Shown here in pieces: positions 8,065 to 17,732 of a stretch of 64,000 nt of DNA. A model generated the notes under the pieces. It did no database searches. It worked only from the letters and a program-made list of their open reading frames with translations, and was not told the origin of the DNA. The stretch covers positions 629 through 64,628 of the forward strand of contig JAFRDO010000014.1 of NCBI GenBank assembly GCA_017403825.1, given 5' to 3'. Made by a program: the position numbers and the translations under genes. This DNA is from Kiritimatiellia bacterium (GTDB taxonomy: Bacteria > Verrucomicrobiota > Kiritimatiellia > RFP12 > UBA1067). Position 1 is the first letter of the stretch. Each line of letters opens with the position of its first letter.

Positions 8065-11000
8065 AGGCGATCTTGACGGTGGTGTTCGCCGCCATTGAGC
8101 TTATGGTCGGTGCCGCGCCGATAAAGGTGACGGACTGTGTTCGCAACGCAGAGTTCGACTATTGGGCAGCGGCGGACGTGAAGTTCTGCCACATAGTTCT
8201 GCAACAGCTGTTCCGTGATGTCGGCGTGGAAACCGAGCACGTGCCGTTCGGCAAGGACGGGCACGTCGTCGAGACTAACGCGATCGTTATCGCTTCGGCG
8301 TTCCGCACCCCAGACCTGCTCGAGAACTACAACTTTCCCCTGCAGCCGCTTGGGCGCATGCACTATGCGCTCTACGCCACGCCGGCCCATGCCATGTCGA
8401 TGATGTCAATGAAGATCTCCGACTGGCCGCGCATGCGTGTGGGCTACTCGCCCGTCTCGCAGGGACAGAACCAGGATCGGCAGAACTATTTCAAGCACGC
8501 GAATCTGTCGCCGGAATACGTCGAATATCCTACGAGCAAGGGGGCCGTAAAGGCCCTGCTCGACGGCGAGATCGACGCGCTCTTCCTGTACACACCGTTC
8601 AGCAAGCGTCCAGAAGGTCTGGTGGAGGTGGTGCCCATCGGCGAGAGAAACGTGTATTTCGCCGTGCGCAAGGACAACCCAGAGTTGTTCGCCAAGCTTT
8701 CAAAGGCATGGAGAGACTTCTACATCGACCACATCGACCTCATCGACAAGTGGCGCGAGGAAATACTGGGCTTCCAAAAGCCGAAGAACCGCGTGCGCGT
8801 CGCGGCCTACGAACGCGGCGACATTTTCGAAATTTCGCCTGACGGCGTGATGTCCGGGGCCCTGGCCTTGTGGATGAAGACGATTTGCGGCCATACGCGC
8901 TGGACGGCAGACTACGTGTACGGCAGTTACGACGAGAGCCTTGAGGATGTCCGCAACGGCAGGTTGGATCTCATCGGCGGGCTGGGCTTCACGTCCTCGC
9001 GCCGCAGCAGCTTCTACTATCCCCACACTTCCATCGGGATGCTGCGCGTCTACCTGTGGGCGCATCCGGGCAGCAAGTACAAACCAGGCCAACCTTCCAC
9101 GTGGGACGGAATGAAGGTCGGCATGCTGTCCGGCGCGGTCAGCTCGGAGCGCGCGAAGCGCCAGTTCGAGCACGATACGATCAACGTGTCGTACGTCGAG
9201 TATCTGTCCGACACGGCAATGATCGCCGCCTATTTCAAGGGTGAGGTCGATGCGTGCATCGACGTGGATATGCCGGATCTGGCTAACGAGGTGGCCCTGC
9301 ACCTTTATGCCTCCCATCCGATGTACATCTGCGCGTCGCTGAAGCGTACAGACCTGTTCGACGACCTCGAGCACGCTCTTGACTTGGTGTGCGATGACTT
9401 CCCGAAATACATGCGCATGATCAGCGAGCACCACTACGGCCACAGGAGCGAAATGGCCGCGCTCACCATGAGAGAGGCCGAATGGCTCAACAAGCGCATC
9501 GCATCGGGCAAGCCGATCACCATCGACTTCTCGCCGTGGCCGTTTCCCGTCATGGACGCCCAGGGGCATCCGATGGGGCTTATCGGCGCGTTCACCACGG
9601 AACTTTCGCGGAAGACGGGGCTTAGGGTCGTCCCGCAGGCGCAGACCGGCATCATGACGGCCGAAGCGAAGTTCATGCGAGGGGAGACCGAGCTGTGGAT
9701 ACCGTTCCCCGCCGAGGCGAAAGACGCCACATACGGTGCGAAGAGCGTGTTCGCCTTGCCAGTGCCGCAGTCCGTGGCGGAATTCTACGGCGCAAAAGAC
9801 GAGTACCTCGACTTCGAGATGTTCGCCAACAAGCACGTGCCGCCCGAGCTCGTCTCCATCCTGCACAAGGTGGCCATGGGCATTGATGCGTCCCGCGCGC
9901 AGGAAATGTTCATGGGTGCCGTCGCCGAGCGTAAGGTGGTCCACAAGATATTCGGCATGACGCACGACGAGCTCCTGTACGTCATCTGGGCCGTGTCGCT
10001 CTTTCTGATGTTCGTGTTCGCGGCCTACGGGTTTGTCATGATCTGGCTCCTCAAGAAAGAGGCGCGCCGCGCCAACGCCGCCGCCGCGGTGGCCGAGGAA
10101 CACGCGCATGCAAAGACGCGCTTCCTCGCGATGATGTCGCACGAGCTCAGGACGCCGCTCAACGCCGTCATCGGCTTCGCGGAATTCATGTCCAAGAAGG
10201 ACCTTGAAGAGAAGCTCCGCGACGAGTACATCAAGGGCATTCTGTTGAGCGCGAACGCCCTGTTGAAGCTGATCAACGGCATCCTTGACCTCTCGAAGCT
10301 CGATGTCGGCGCCATGAACATGCGGTCGGGGGTGTGCGACATGCGTCAGCTCATGAACGAGTTGCCGGCCATCTTCGGCTACCAGATACGTCGCCATGGC
10401 GTGAAGCTCAATGTCGAGATGCCGAAGGACAAGGCGATTCCACTCCTGGAGCTGACGCAGCAGGGTATGCGCCAGATTCTCCTCAATCTTGTGGGTAACG
10501 CCGCCAAGTTCACGGAAACGGGAGCGATAACGATCCGCGCGGGATGGGATGACGCCACGCGTACCCTGCATTTGGAGGTGGCGGACACCGGTTGCGGCAT
10601 CTCCGAGGAGAAGATGAAGAAGTTGTTCGACCCGTTCGTGCAGGATATTGCCAGCCGCATGAGGGCAGGCGGGAGCGAGATCAAGGGCACGGGGTTGGGC
10701 TTGCCGATTGTCCATCGCATGGTGGAGTCCGCAAAAGGGACCATTTCGGTCAAAAGCGAACTTGGTCGCGGCACGGTGTTCACCATCGACATCCCCGGTC
10801 TGGTGGTGCTGGAGAACGTGCCGCAAACGCCGCGTCCGGCGGAGAAGCTCGTCCAGACGGTACTACCAGAACACATCCTGGTGGTGGACGACATAATGAT
10901 GAACCGCAAGATACTCGGCATCCACCTTCACAACATGAAGATCAAGGACATCCGCTATGCGGAGAACGGGGAAGAAGCCCTCGACATGATGAAGGAATGG

Positions 11001-11228
11001 GTGCCGGACATTGTCCTGACCGACATGTGGATGCCAAAGATGGATGGCTCGCAGCTCGCCGAGGCGATGCGCAAGGACGGGAGACTCTCGGAGATTCCCA
11101 TCGTCGCCATCACGGCAGACGTCGATGTGGGCGCCACGTACGACATAAGCCTTTTCGCAAAGGTCATCGCGAAGCCTGTCAACGGCGAGAAGCTTCGCGC
11201 CCTCTTTGGAGACATCGCATCGTCATGA
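8061..11228 (+). CDS. Hybrid sensor histidine kinase with two periplasmic solute-binding (SBP_bac_3 / Venus-flytrap-like) domains, TM, HisKA, HATPase_c, REC
   Basis: 1055 aa with a strong RBS AGGAGGTGG. N-terminal signal/TM, two SBP-like halves, TM segment [25 protein letters not shown]-box [35 protein letters not shown], and receiver [14 protein letters not shown]...[10 protein letters not shown]. Confidence 0.9.
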   Translation: MKAILTVVFAAIELMVGAAPIKVTDCVRNAEFDYWAAADVKFCHIVLQQLFRDVGVETEHVPFGKDGHVVETNAIVIASAFRTPDLLENYNFPLQPLGRMHYALYATPAHAMSMMSMKISDWPRMRVGYSPVSQGQNQDRQNYFKHANLSPEYVEYPTSKGAVKALLDGEIDALFLYTPFSKRPEGLVEVVPIGERNVYFAVRKDNPELFAKLSKAWRDFYIDHIDLIDKWREEILGFQKPKNRVRVAAYERGDIFEISPDGVMSGALALWMKTICGHTRWTADYVYGSYDESLEDVRNGRLDLIGGLGFTSSRRSSFYYPHTSIGMLRVYLWAHPGSKYKPGQPSTWDGMKVGMLSGAVSSERAKRQFEHDTINVSYVEYLSDTAMIAAYFKGEVDACIDVDMPDLANEVALHLYASHPMYICASLKRTDLFDDLEHALDLVCDDFPKYMRMISEHHYGHRSEMAALTMREAEWLNKRIASGKPITIDFSPWPFPVMDAQGHPMGLIGAFTTELSRKTGLRVVPQAQTGIMTAEAKFMRGETELWIPFPAEAKDATYGAKSVFALPVPQSVAEFYGAKDEYLDFEMFANKHVPPELVSILHKVAMGIDASRAQEMFMGAVAERKVVHKIFGMTHDELLYVIWAVSLFLMFVFAAYGFVMIWLLKKEARRANAAAAVAEEHAHAKTRFLAMMSHELRTPLNAVIGFAEFMSKKDLEEKLRDEYIKGILLSANALLKLINGILDLSKLDVGAMNMRSGVCDMRQLMNELPAIFGYQIRRHGVKLNVEMPKDKAIPLLELTQQGMRQILLNLVGNAAKFTETGAITIRAGWDDATRTLHLEVADTGCGISEEKMKKLFDPFVQDIASRMRAGGSEIKGTGLGLPIVHRMVESAKGTISVKSELGRGTVFTIDIPGLVVLENVPQTPRPAEKLVQTVLPEHILVVDDIMMNRKILGIHLHNMKIKDIRYAENGEEALDMMKEWVPDIVLTDMWMPKMDGSQLAEAMRKDGRLSEIPIVAITADVDVGATYDISLFAKVIAKPVNGEKLRALFGDIASS

Positions 11229-11440
11229 AACTGCTTGTTTCCAGCCTCCCTTACGATGGCGGCAAGAGCGACATCTCGGTCTATGTCCGGGAAGTCGTGC
11301 GGGCGTTGCTGGAGCGCGTCCCTCCCGTCATCTACGCCCCTCGCTGGACGCGCCGGCCGGGGAGGCTCTGGAAGCGGTATGCATACGGACTGGTCAAGTC
11401 TTCGTGGCTGTCCATAAGGACGGTCTGTGGAGGGTGCTAG
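11225..11440 (+). other. 71-codon ORF resembling the N-terminus of a GT4-type glycosyltransferase (possible gene relic)
   Basis: The ATG overlaps the kinase stop (ATGA). The product begins [31 protein letters not shown], like GT-B glycosyltransferase N-termini, then degenerates into Arg/Trp-rich sequence and stops. The resemblance is by eye only. Confidence 0.25.
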
Positions 11441-14292
11441 TGGAAAACACATCTTCAAAACGGCATCTATCGGCATTCGCCGCATGGGCGTTCTCGTTCG
11501 GGACTGCGGTTGGTTGGGGCGCGTTCGTCATGCCCGGCACGACGTTCCTGCCGCTTGCCGGACCGTTGGGAACGGTCTTGGGCATCCTTGCGGGCGCGGC
11601 GGTCATGATAATCCTTGCATGGAATTACCACTACATGGTTCGCCGCATGCCGAGCACGGGGGGGACGTTCACGTTCGTCTTGCGAACGTTTGGTGGTGAC
11701 CACGGGTTCTTCTGCGCCTGGTTCCTATGCCTTTCCTACGTGGCTATCGTCTGGGCGAATGCGACCGCGTTGACGATTGTGGCACGATGTCTGTTCGGCG
11801 ATGCGCTTCGATTTGGATTCAGCTACAGCATAAAAGGTTTTGAGGTGTCGCTGGGCGACATCATGCTCTCGGTGGCGGCGATCGTGTCAGCAGCCGTCAT
11901 CTGCTGCCGGAGGCGCACGGCGGGAGGGGTGCAGGCTGTGCTCGCGACGATATTCGCGGTGGGCGTTGCCGTGTGCTTCGCCGCGAGTCTCTTCTGCCAC
12001 GGCGGTGGGCTACAGTCTATGGCGCCGGCGTTTTCACCTGACGGCGGGAAACCGCTCGCGCAGGTGTTGAAGATCGTCGCTCTTGCGCCGTGGTTCTTCG
12101 TGGGGTTCGAGTCCATCTGCCACCTCTCCAGGGAGTTCCGGTTCCCCCTGAAGCGGACGTTCGGCGTGCTGGCGGTTGCAATCGCCGCGTCCGTGGCCGC
12201 ATACGCGTTTCTCGCTCTGCTGCCCGTCCTGACGCCCAGCGCGGGCGGCGCGGACTGGGTCGATGGCCTCGCCCGCCTCGACCACGAGAAAGGCCGCCTC
12301 GCGCTGCCGACGCTTGAGGCTGTAAGCTGTACGCTGGGGAAAGCCGGAACCGCGCTTTTCGTCGCCACCATCCTCGGAGCCGTATTCACGAACCTCGTGG
12401 GCGACATGTTTGTCGCGAGCCGTCTGGTGTGCGCGATGTCGGACGAGCGCGTGTTCCCGGAATGGCTGGGGCGGCGCGATGGGAACGGCGAGCCGAGCCG
12501 CGCCATTTTCTTCCTTGCCGGGATCTCATGCCTCATCCCTCTGCTCGGTCGCACGGCGATCGGCTTCATCGTGGACGTGGCAACCGTCGGCACGGTGATC
12601 GCCTACGCCTATACCTCGGCGGCCGCTTTCCACCGCGCGCGTGCCGACGGCAACGGCCCCACGAAGGTGACCGGCGCGTGCGGCCTCCTGCTCTCCGTCG
12701 TCATCTTCGCCATCTTCATTGTACCGAACTACTTCTCTGGGACGATGATGTCCACGGAGTCGTATCTCATCCTCGTCCTATGGTGCATTCTCGGCTTCCT
12801 CTACTACCTCTACGTGCTCAGGCGGGACAACCTCCAGCGCTACGGGCGTTCGCTGGTCGTGTGGGTTGCCCTGATCGTGCTGATTCTCGTGATGTCGCAC
12901 ATGTGGATGCGCCAGGGAATGCACGAGGCGATGACGCGGGCGTTCGACTCAATCGGCAAGTTCCAGGACAGCGTGCCCGACGTCGACGCCGCCGTCCAGG
13001 ACGAGATGTGGAATGCACACCTGGACGGGCAGCTTGCGGACATGAACCGCTCGCTCGTGCAAAGCGGGCTTGTCCAGGCGGGCCTCATGATCGTGACGCT
13101 CGCCATCATGTTCACCCTGTTCACGATCGTGCGGCGCCACGAACGGCGCCTGGAGCGCGAAAAGGCGGCGGCCAAGAGCTACTTCTTCTCCACCGTGAGC
13201 CACGACATCCGCACGCCGCTCAACGCGATCATCGGCTACTCGGAGATGCTCAAGACGGGTCTGGACACCAAGGAGGAACGCGAGCAGGCCGTCGATTCGA
13301 TCCTCGTGAGCGGAAAGACACTTTTGGGACTCGTCAACGACGTGCTGGACCTGTCGAAACTCGAGTCCGGAAAGATGAAGATCGCCCCGGAGCCCACGGA
13401 CTGCCCGCGTCTCCTCCACGGCGTCATGGACGCCTTTCGCATCTCGGGCAAGAAGCCGGGGCTGGAGCTGCGCTGCGAAATCGGGGAGATGCCCGCGCTG
13501 ATGTTCGACCCGCAACGCCTAAGGCAGATCGTGTTCAATCTCGTCGGCAACGCCGTCAAGTTCACGGAGATGGGCCATGTGACGCTACGCGCCGACTACG
13601 AATGTGCAAAGGACGCCGAGACGGGCGTGTTCAGCCTGTCGGTCGAGGACACTGGCTGCGGCATCTCCGAAGAGGACCAGAAGCGCATTTGCTCGGCATA
13701 CGTGCAAGTGGGTTCAAAGCTCGCGCGCAACGGCGGCACGGGGCTCGGCCTCTCCATCTGCAAACAGCTCGTGAAAGCCATGGGCGGCGAACTGAAGGTG
13801 AAGTCTGCCCTCGGGCAGGGCTCCACGTTTTCGGTGGACATACCCGATGTGAGGATGGAGGGGGCGGTGCCAGACGCGCAGGAGCACGTACCTCCCGTGC
13901 AGAAGGCGGTAGGGCCGCACCGCATCCTCCTCGTCGACGACTCGAAGATGAACCTCATGGTCCTCAAGGCGCTTCTGAAGAAGGCCGGCGACTACGAGAC
14001 CACGATGGCGATGGACGGGCAAGAGGCCTTGAAGCTTCTGGAGGAGTCTGACGCCAGGCCGTACGACCTTGTCCTCACAGACATGTGGATGCCGAACCTG
14101 GACGGCGAGGGGCTCGTGAAGAACATCCGCGCGAACGCGTCGCTCGCGTCGCTGCGCGTTCTCGTGGTGACGGCCGACGTGGAGGTCCGCGACAAGGCCG
14201 CCGAGATGGGATTCGATGGCATTCTCCTGAAGCCCGTCACACCTGATGCGCTCAAACAGACCTTGCTGGGGAAAGAGGGGGACGTAACGTGA
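11440..14292 (+). CDS. APC-superfamily permease-like 12-TM domain fused to HisKA-HATPase_c-REC (hybrid 'transceptor' kinase)
   Basis: The reading frame is that of ORF 11206..14292. The likely start is GTG 11440 (or 11434), after GGAGG at 11428..11432, by alignment with the paralog at 14289. N-terminus: RHLSAFAAWAFSFGTAVGWGAFVMPG... with multiple TM helices. Then SYFFSTVSHDIRTPLNAIIGYSEML, GTGLGLSICKQL, and receiver ILLVDDSKMNLMVL...TDMWMPNLDG. Confidence 0.85.
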   Translation: MENTSSKRHLSAFAAWAFSFGTAVGWGAFVMPGTTFLPLAGPLGTVLGILAGAAVMIILAWNYHYMVRRMPSTGGTFTFVLRTFGGDHGFFCAWFLCLSYVAIVWANATALTIVARCLFGDALRFGFSYSIKGFEVSLGDIMLSVAAIVSAAVICCRRRTAGGVQAVLATIFAVGVAVCFAASLFCHGGGLQSMAPAFSPDGGKPLAQVLKIVALAPWFFVGFESICHLSREFRFPLKRTFGVLAVAIAASVAAYAFLALLPVLTPSAGGADWVDGLARLDHEKGRLALPTLEAVSCTLGKAGTALFVATILGAVFTNLVGDMFVASRLVCAMSDERVFPEWLGRRDGNGEPSRAIFFLAGISCLIPLLGRTAIGFIVDVATVGTVIAYAYTSAAAFHRARADGNGPTKVTGACGLLLSVVIFAIFIVPNYFSGTMMSTESYLILVLWCILGFLYYLYVLRRDNLQRYGRSLVVWVALIVLILVMSHMWMRQGMHEAMTRAFDSIGKFQDSVPDVDAAVQDEMWNAHLDGQLADMNRSLVQSGLVQAGLMIVTLAIMFTLFTIVRRHERRLEREKAAAKSYFFSTVSHDIRTPLNAIIGYSEMLKTGLDTKEEREQAVDSILVSGKTLLGLVNDVLDLSKLESGKMKIAPEPTDCPRLLHGVMDAFRISGKKPGLELRCEIGEMPALMFDPQRLRQIVFNLVGNAVKFTEMGHVTLRADYECAKDAETGVFSLSVEDTGCGISEEDQKRICSAYVQVGSKLARNGGTGLGLSICKQLVKAMGGELKVKSALGQGSTFSVDIPDVRMEGAVPDAQEHVPPVQKAVGPHRILLVDDSKMNLMVLKALLKKAGDYETTMAMDGQEALKLLEESDARPYDLVLTDMWMPNLDGEGLVKNIRANASLASLRVLVVTADVEVRDKAAEMGFDGILLKPVTPDALKQTLLGKEGDVT

Positions 14293-17156
14293 ACAAAGGC
14301 ACCGTCAAATCTTCAATGCGGCATCTTTCGCTTCTGGGCGCGTGGGCGCTCGCCTTCGGCTGCGCCGTGGGTTCCGACGCCTTCGTCATGCCTTGGAACG
14401 ATTTCCTGCCAAAGGCCGGACCACTCGGCACGGTGATCGGCATATTCATCGGCGGGCTAGTCATGGCCGTTGTCGCATGGAACTTCCATTACATGATCAA
14501 CCGCCTGCCCGGACCGGGCGGTACGTATGCATACGCGGCGGAGGTTTTTGGCAACGACCATGGATTCCTCTGCGGCGTCTTTCTCGGATTTGCCTACTTG
14601 GCGATCGTCTGCCTTGACGTGACGGCGTTGGTGGTCGTGGCGCACTACACGTTGGGCGACGTATTCAGCTTCGGGTTCAGCTACACGATCGAGAAAAGCA
14701 ACGTCTACCTTGGCGACATTCTGCTCTCCGTCTTCGCCATTGCCGTTGCGTCGGTCATCTGCTGCCGTCATCGCCTTTCGGGCGTCGTGCAGATCGTGAT
14801 GGCGGTCGTCCTTGCCGCCGGTATTCTCGTGTGCTTCGTGTCGACGGCGCTGAACCACGACGGCGGATTCGGGACGATGGGCCCGGTTTTCGCTCCAAGC
14901 AACGGCAATGGCATTTTCCAGACCCTGAACATCCTCGCCATTGCGCCGTGGCTCTTCGTAGGTTTCGAGTCCATATCGAATTCGTCCTCGGAATTCCGTT
15001 TCCCCGTCAGCAAGTCATTCATGGTCATGCTCGCCGCGCTCGTCACGGCGGTGATTGCCTACGCGCTTCTGACCGCCATCCCGGTGCTCTCGTTCGGCGG
15101 AGCTTCTTCTGCCGGCTGGACTGGCGCCGTGGCCGATCTGGCCAACTCTGGAGTCGAGCCGGATTACCACGCATTTGACGTGGCCCGCCGGTTTCTTGGA
15201 AAGGCGGGCGGTGTAATCATCGGCGTGACGCTGGTATGCGCCATCTTCACGAACCTCGTCGGCAACACCGTCGCGGTGAGCCGCTTGGTGGCGGCGATGG
15301 CGGACGATGGCGCGTTGCCGTCGTTTCTTGGGGGGAGAAACGTAGACGGCGCCCCTCGCAATGCCGTTCTTGCCATTGCGGCGCTGGTTGCCCTCGTGGT
15401 GCCTCTCGGGCGGTCGGTCATCGGCGTGGTCGTGGACATCTCGATTCTCGGCGCGGCGGTGGCCTACGCCTACACCTCGGCTGCGGCGTTCAAGACCGCG
15501 CGCAAGGAAGGCAACAAGGGCACGCAGGTGACGGGACTCCTCGGGCTTGCGATTTCACTCGTGGTCATTTTCCTTTTCGTCATGCCGTTCGTTTCGCTCG
15601 ACACCACCATGATTGCGACGGAATCCTACCTCGTCCTGATCATCTGGTGCATTGCCGCGCTCGCCGCCTTCTTGGCCGTCTTCCATCGCGACAGTGCTCG
15701 CCGGTTCGGCAGGTCGCCCGTCGCGTGGATATCCATCTTCATCGTCATCATGCTCCTGTCTGCGATGTGGACGCGCCAGAAGACCCTCGAAACGACGGAT
15801 CAGGCGTTTGACACCATCATCAACCACCATGTCACGGCGTGCGAGGCCGGCGAGAAGGACGGCGGCGACTGGCGCACGATCCTGCGGACGAATCTGTCCC
15901 GTGTGAACAGCTCGATTTTCCACGGCAACCTCGTCCAGGGCGGGCTCAATCTCCTCGCCCTTGTCCTCATGTTTGGAATCTACTCCATCCTTCGCCGTCG
16001 GGAGCGCGATGCCGAGCGGGAGAAGTCCAAGGCAAAGAGCTACTTCTTCTCCACCGTCAGCCATGACATCCGCACGCCGCTCAATGCCATCGTGGGGTTC
16101 TCGGAGATGCTTGAATCCGGTTTCAAGACCGAAGCCGAGCGCAAGGAGGCGATTGACTCCATCGTGATGAGCAGCAAGACGCTACTGAGTCTTATCAACG
16201 ATGTGCTGGATCTGTCCAAGCTCGAATCTGGCAAGATGAAGATAGCCCTGGAGCCGACCGATTGCCCGAAGCTCATGCACAAGCTCTTAGAAGCATTCCA
16301 CGCCTTCAGGACAAATCCGGAGGTGAAGCTGCGCTACCGCGAGAGTCCCATGCCGAGGCTTATGTTGGACCCGCAGCGCATACGGCAGATCGTGTTCAAC
16401 CTCGTGGGTAACGCCCTGAAGTTCACGGAGAAGGGCCATGTGGAACTTCGAGCCTTGTATAGCCGCGCCAACGGTGCAAATACGGGTACGTTTCAAATAG
16501 AAGTCGAGGACACCGGTTGCGGCATTAGCGAGGACGACCTGAAAATTATCGGATCGGCATACGTGCAGGTGGACTCGCAACGTTCCAGACATGGCGGCAC
16601 TGGACTCGGGCTCGCCATCTGCAAGCAGCTCGCCATCGCCATGGGCGGCAAGCTCAAGGTGGAATCCACGCTGGGGAAAGGATCGACCTTCTCCATCGTA
16701 GTTCCCGGCGTCAGCGTTGCTGCGGCCGAATGCGCCGCTCAGGCGGAGACCTCAGAGAAATCCGTACCCGAAATCAAACACGCCGACTGGCCGAAACGCC
16801 TGCTGATCGTTGACGACTCGAAGATAAATCTCTTGGTCCTGAAGGCCCATCTGAAGAAATTGGGTGACTTCGACGTGGTAACGGCCAACGACGGGAAAGA
16901 GGCCCTAGACATATTATCGAGTCCCGAGACGAAGCCATTTGACCTCGTGATGACGGACATGTGGATGCCTAACTTGGACGGCGAGGGACTGGTCAGGGCA
17001 ATCCGACAGACACCATCTCTTGCAACCCTTCCAGTGCTAGCTGTAACTGCTGATGTGGAAGCCTGCGGCAAGGCTGCGGGAATGGGGTTCAGCGGCATTC
17101 TTCTCAAGCCTGTCACCATCGACACGCTTGGCAAGGCTCTTTCAGGTGGTTTGTGA
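14289..17156 (+). CDS. Second APC-permease-like - HisKA - HATPase_c - REC hybrid kinase (tandem paralog)
   Basis: 955 aa. The GTG start overlaps the previous stop (GTGA), with RBS GAGGGGGA. It is collinear with the previous protein over its whole length (e.g. FLPKAGPLGTVIGIFIGGLVMAVVAWNFHYM vs FLPLAGPLGTVLGILAGAAVMIILAWNYHYM). Confidence 0.9.
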   Translation: MNKGTVKSSMRHLSLLGAWALAFGCAVGSDAFVMPWNDFLPKAGPLGTVIGIFIGGLVMAVVAWNFHYMINRLPGPGGTYAYAAEVFGNDHGFLCGVFLGFAYLAIVCLDVTALVVVAHYTLGDVFSFGFSYTIEKSNVYLGDILLSVFAIAVASVICCRHRLSGVVQIVMAVVLAAGILVCFVSTALNHDGGFGTMGPVFAPSNGNGIFQTLNILAIAPWLFVGFESISNSSSEFRFPVSKSFMVMLAALVTAVIAYALLTAIPVLSFGGASSAGWTGAVADLANSGVEPDYHAFDVARRFLGKAGGVIIGVTLVCAIFTNLVGNTVAVSRLVAAMADDGALPSFLGGRNVDGAPRNAVLAIAALVALVVPLGRSVIGVVVDISILGAAVAYAYTSAAAFKTARKEGNKGTQVTGLLGLAISLVVIFLFVMPFVSLDTTMIATESYLVLIIWCIAALAAFLAVFHRDSARRFGRSPVAWISIFIVIMLLSAMWTRQKTLETTDQAFDTIINHHVTACEAGEKDGGDWRTILRTNLSRVNSSIFHGNLVQGGLNLLALVLMFGIYSILRRRERDAEREKSKAKSYFFSTVSHDIRTPLNAIVGFSEMLESGFKTEAERKEAIDSIVMSSKTLLSLINDVLDLSKLESGKMKIALEPTDCPKLMHKLLEAFHAFRTNPEVKLRYRESPMPRLMLDPQRIRQIVFNLVGNALKFTEKGHVELRALYSRANGANTGTFQIEVEDTGCGISEDDLKIIGSAYVQVDSQRSRHGGTGLGLAICKQLAIAMGGKLKVESTLGKGSTFSIVVPGVSVAAAECAAQAETSEKSVPEIKHADWPKRLLIVDDSKINLLVLKAHLKKLGDFDVVTANDGKEALDILSSPETKPFDLVMTDMWMPNLDGEGLVRAIRQTPSLATLPVLAVTADVEACGKAAGMGFSGILLKPVTIDTLGKALSGGL

Positions 17157-17191
17157 ACAAGAAGAGCGGGGTGCCGTTGGGGAACTGGCCT

Positions 17192-17692
17192 CTAATGGCT
17201 GCTGAGCAAGGCCTCTAAATCATTGCGGGTGGAGACGGAGGCAAGGCGGGATGCCATGTCGTCGGAAATGAGGCATCTGCACAATCGCGCCAGGAACTGA
17301 CGGTATCCCGCATGGTTGGGACTGGAGCAGACGATCACGACAAAGACGTGCGTTCTGGAACCGTCTATGGCGTTGAAATCAATCGAACAGCCATCTCGGA
17401 AAACGCCGATGCCCACAAGCAGCTTCTCCAATCCGGGAACGTATCCGTGCAGAATCGCAAAACCGTGCATTGCGGCGAAGCCGATGTCGCCCAGAGAGTG
17501 CGAAATGACGGTCGAGACCATGCCGTCAAGCTTGTCCATGGGCATGCCGTTCTTCTCGAAAACGGACGCGAGAACCTGGCGGACGGCGCCTTCGGCGGTC
17601 GTCTCGGTGATGTCGCAGACAACGGGAATGGAGTTGACGATCTTCTGCCACTCTGCATTGTCCATTGGAATGCCTTCGTTTGTATCGCTCAT
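17192..17692 (-). CDS. PTS EIIA type-2 (PtsN / EIIA-Ntr-like) domain protein
   Basis: The frame is that of ORF 17192..17707. ATG 17692 is preferred (RBS GGAGAAG). PTS_EIIA_2-like layout: GFAILHGYVPG (putative phospho-His), ...SIDFNAIDGSRTHVFVVIVCS..., C-terminal LISDDMASRLASVSTRNDLEALL. Confidence 0.6.
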   Translation of the reverse strand: MSDTNEGIPMDNAEWQKIVNSIPVVCDITETTAEGAVRQVLASVFEKNGMPMDKLDGMVSTVISHSLGDIGFAAMHGFAILHGYVPGLEKLLVGIGVFRDGCSIDFNAIDGSRTHVFVVIVCSSPNHAGYRQFLARLCRCLISDDMASRLASVSTRNDLEALLSSH

Positions 17693-17732
17693 TTGACTCT
17701 TCTCCATATTGTAGTTGTAGTTGAGTGTTGTA

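Noticed and set aside
8700-10826. 708-aa minus-strand ORF inside the second kinase gene
   Set aside because: It is antisense to an ORF with unmistakable SBP/HisKA/HATPase/REC motifs, and its composition is shadow-ORF-like.
11206-11439. ATG at 11206 as the start of the permease-kinase fusion (as in the ORF track)
   Set aside because: The first 78 residues are Arg/Pro-rich and overlap the previous gene. The paralog alignment and a GGAGG-spaced GTG at 11440 indicate a downstream start.
12429-14051. 540-aa + ORF in an alternative frame of the third kinase. The ORFs 10592..11440, 41198..42532, 41547..42782, 43633..44898 and 44955..46082 fall in the same class.
   Set aside because: These are off-frame or antisense overlaps of well-supported genes, with extreme Arg/Pro/Gly content. 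One exception is noted: the last 71 codons of 10592..11440 are listed separately as a possible GT relic.
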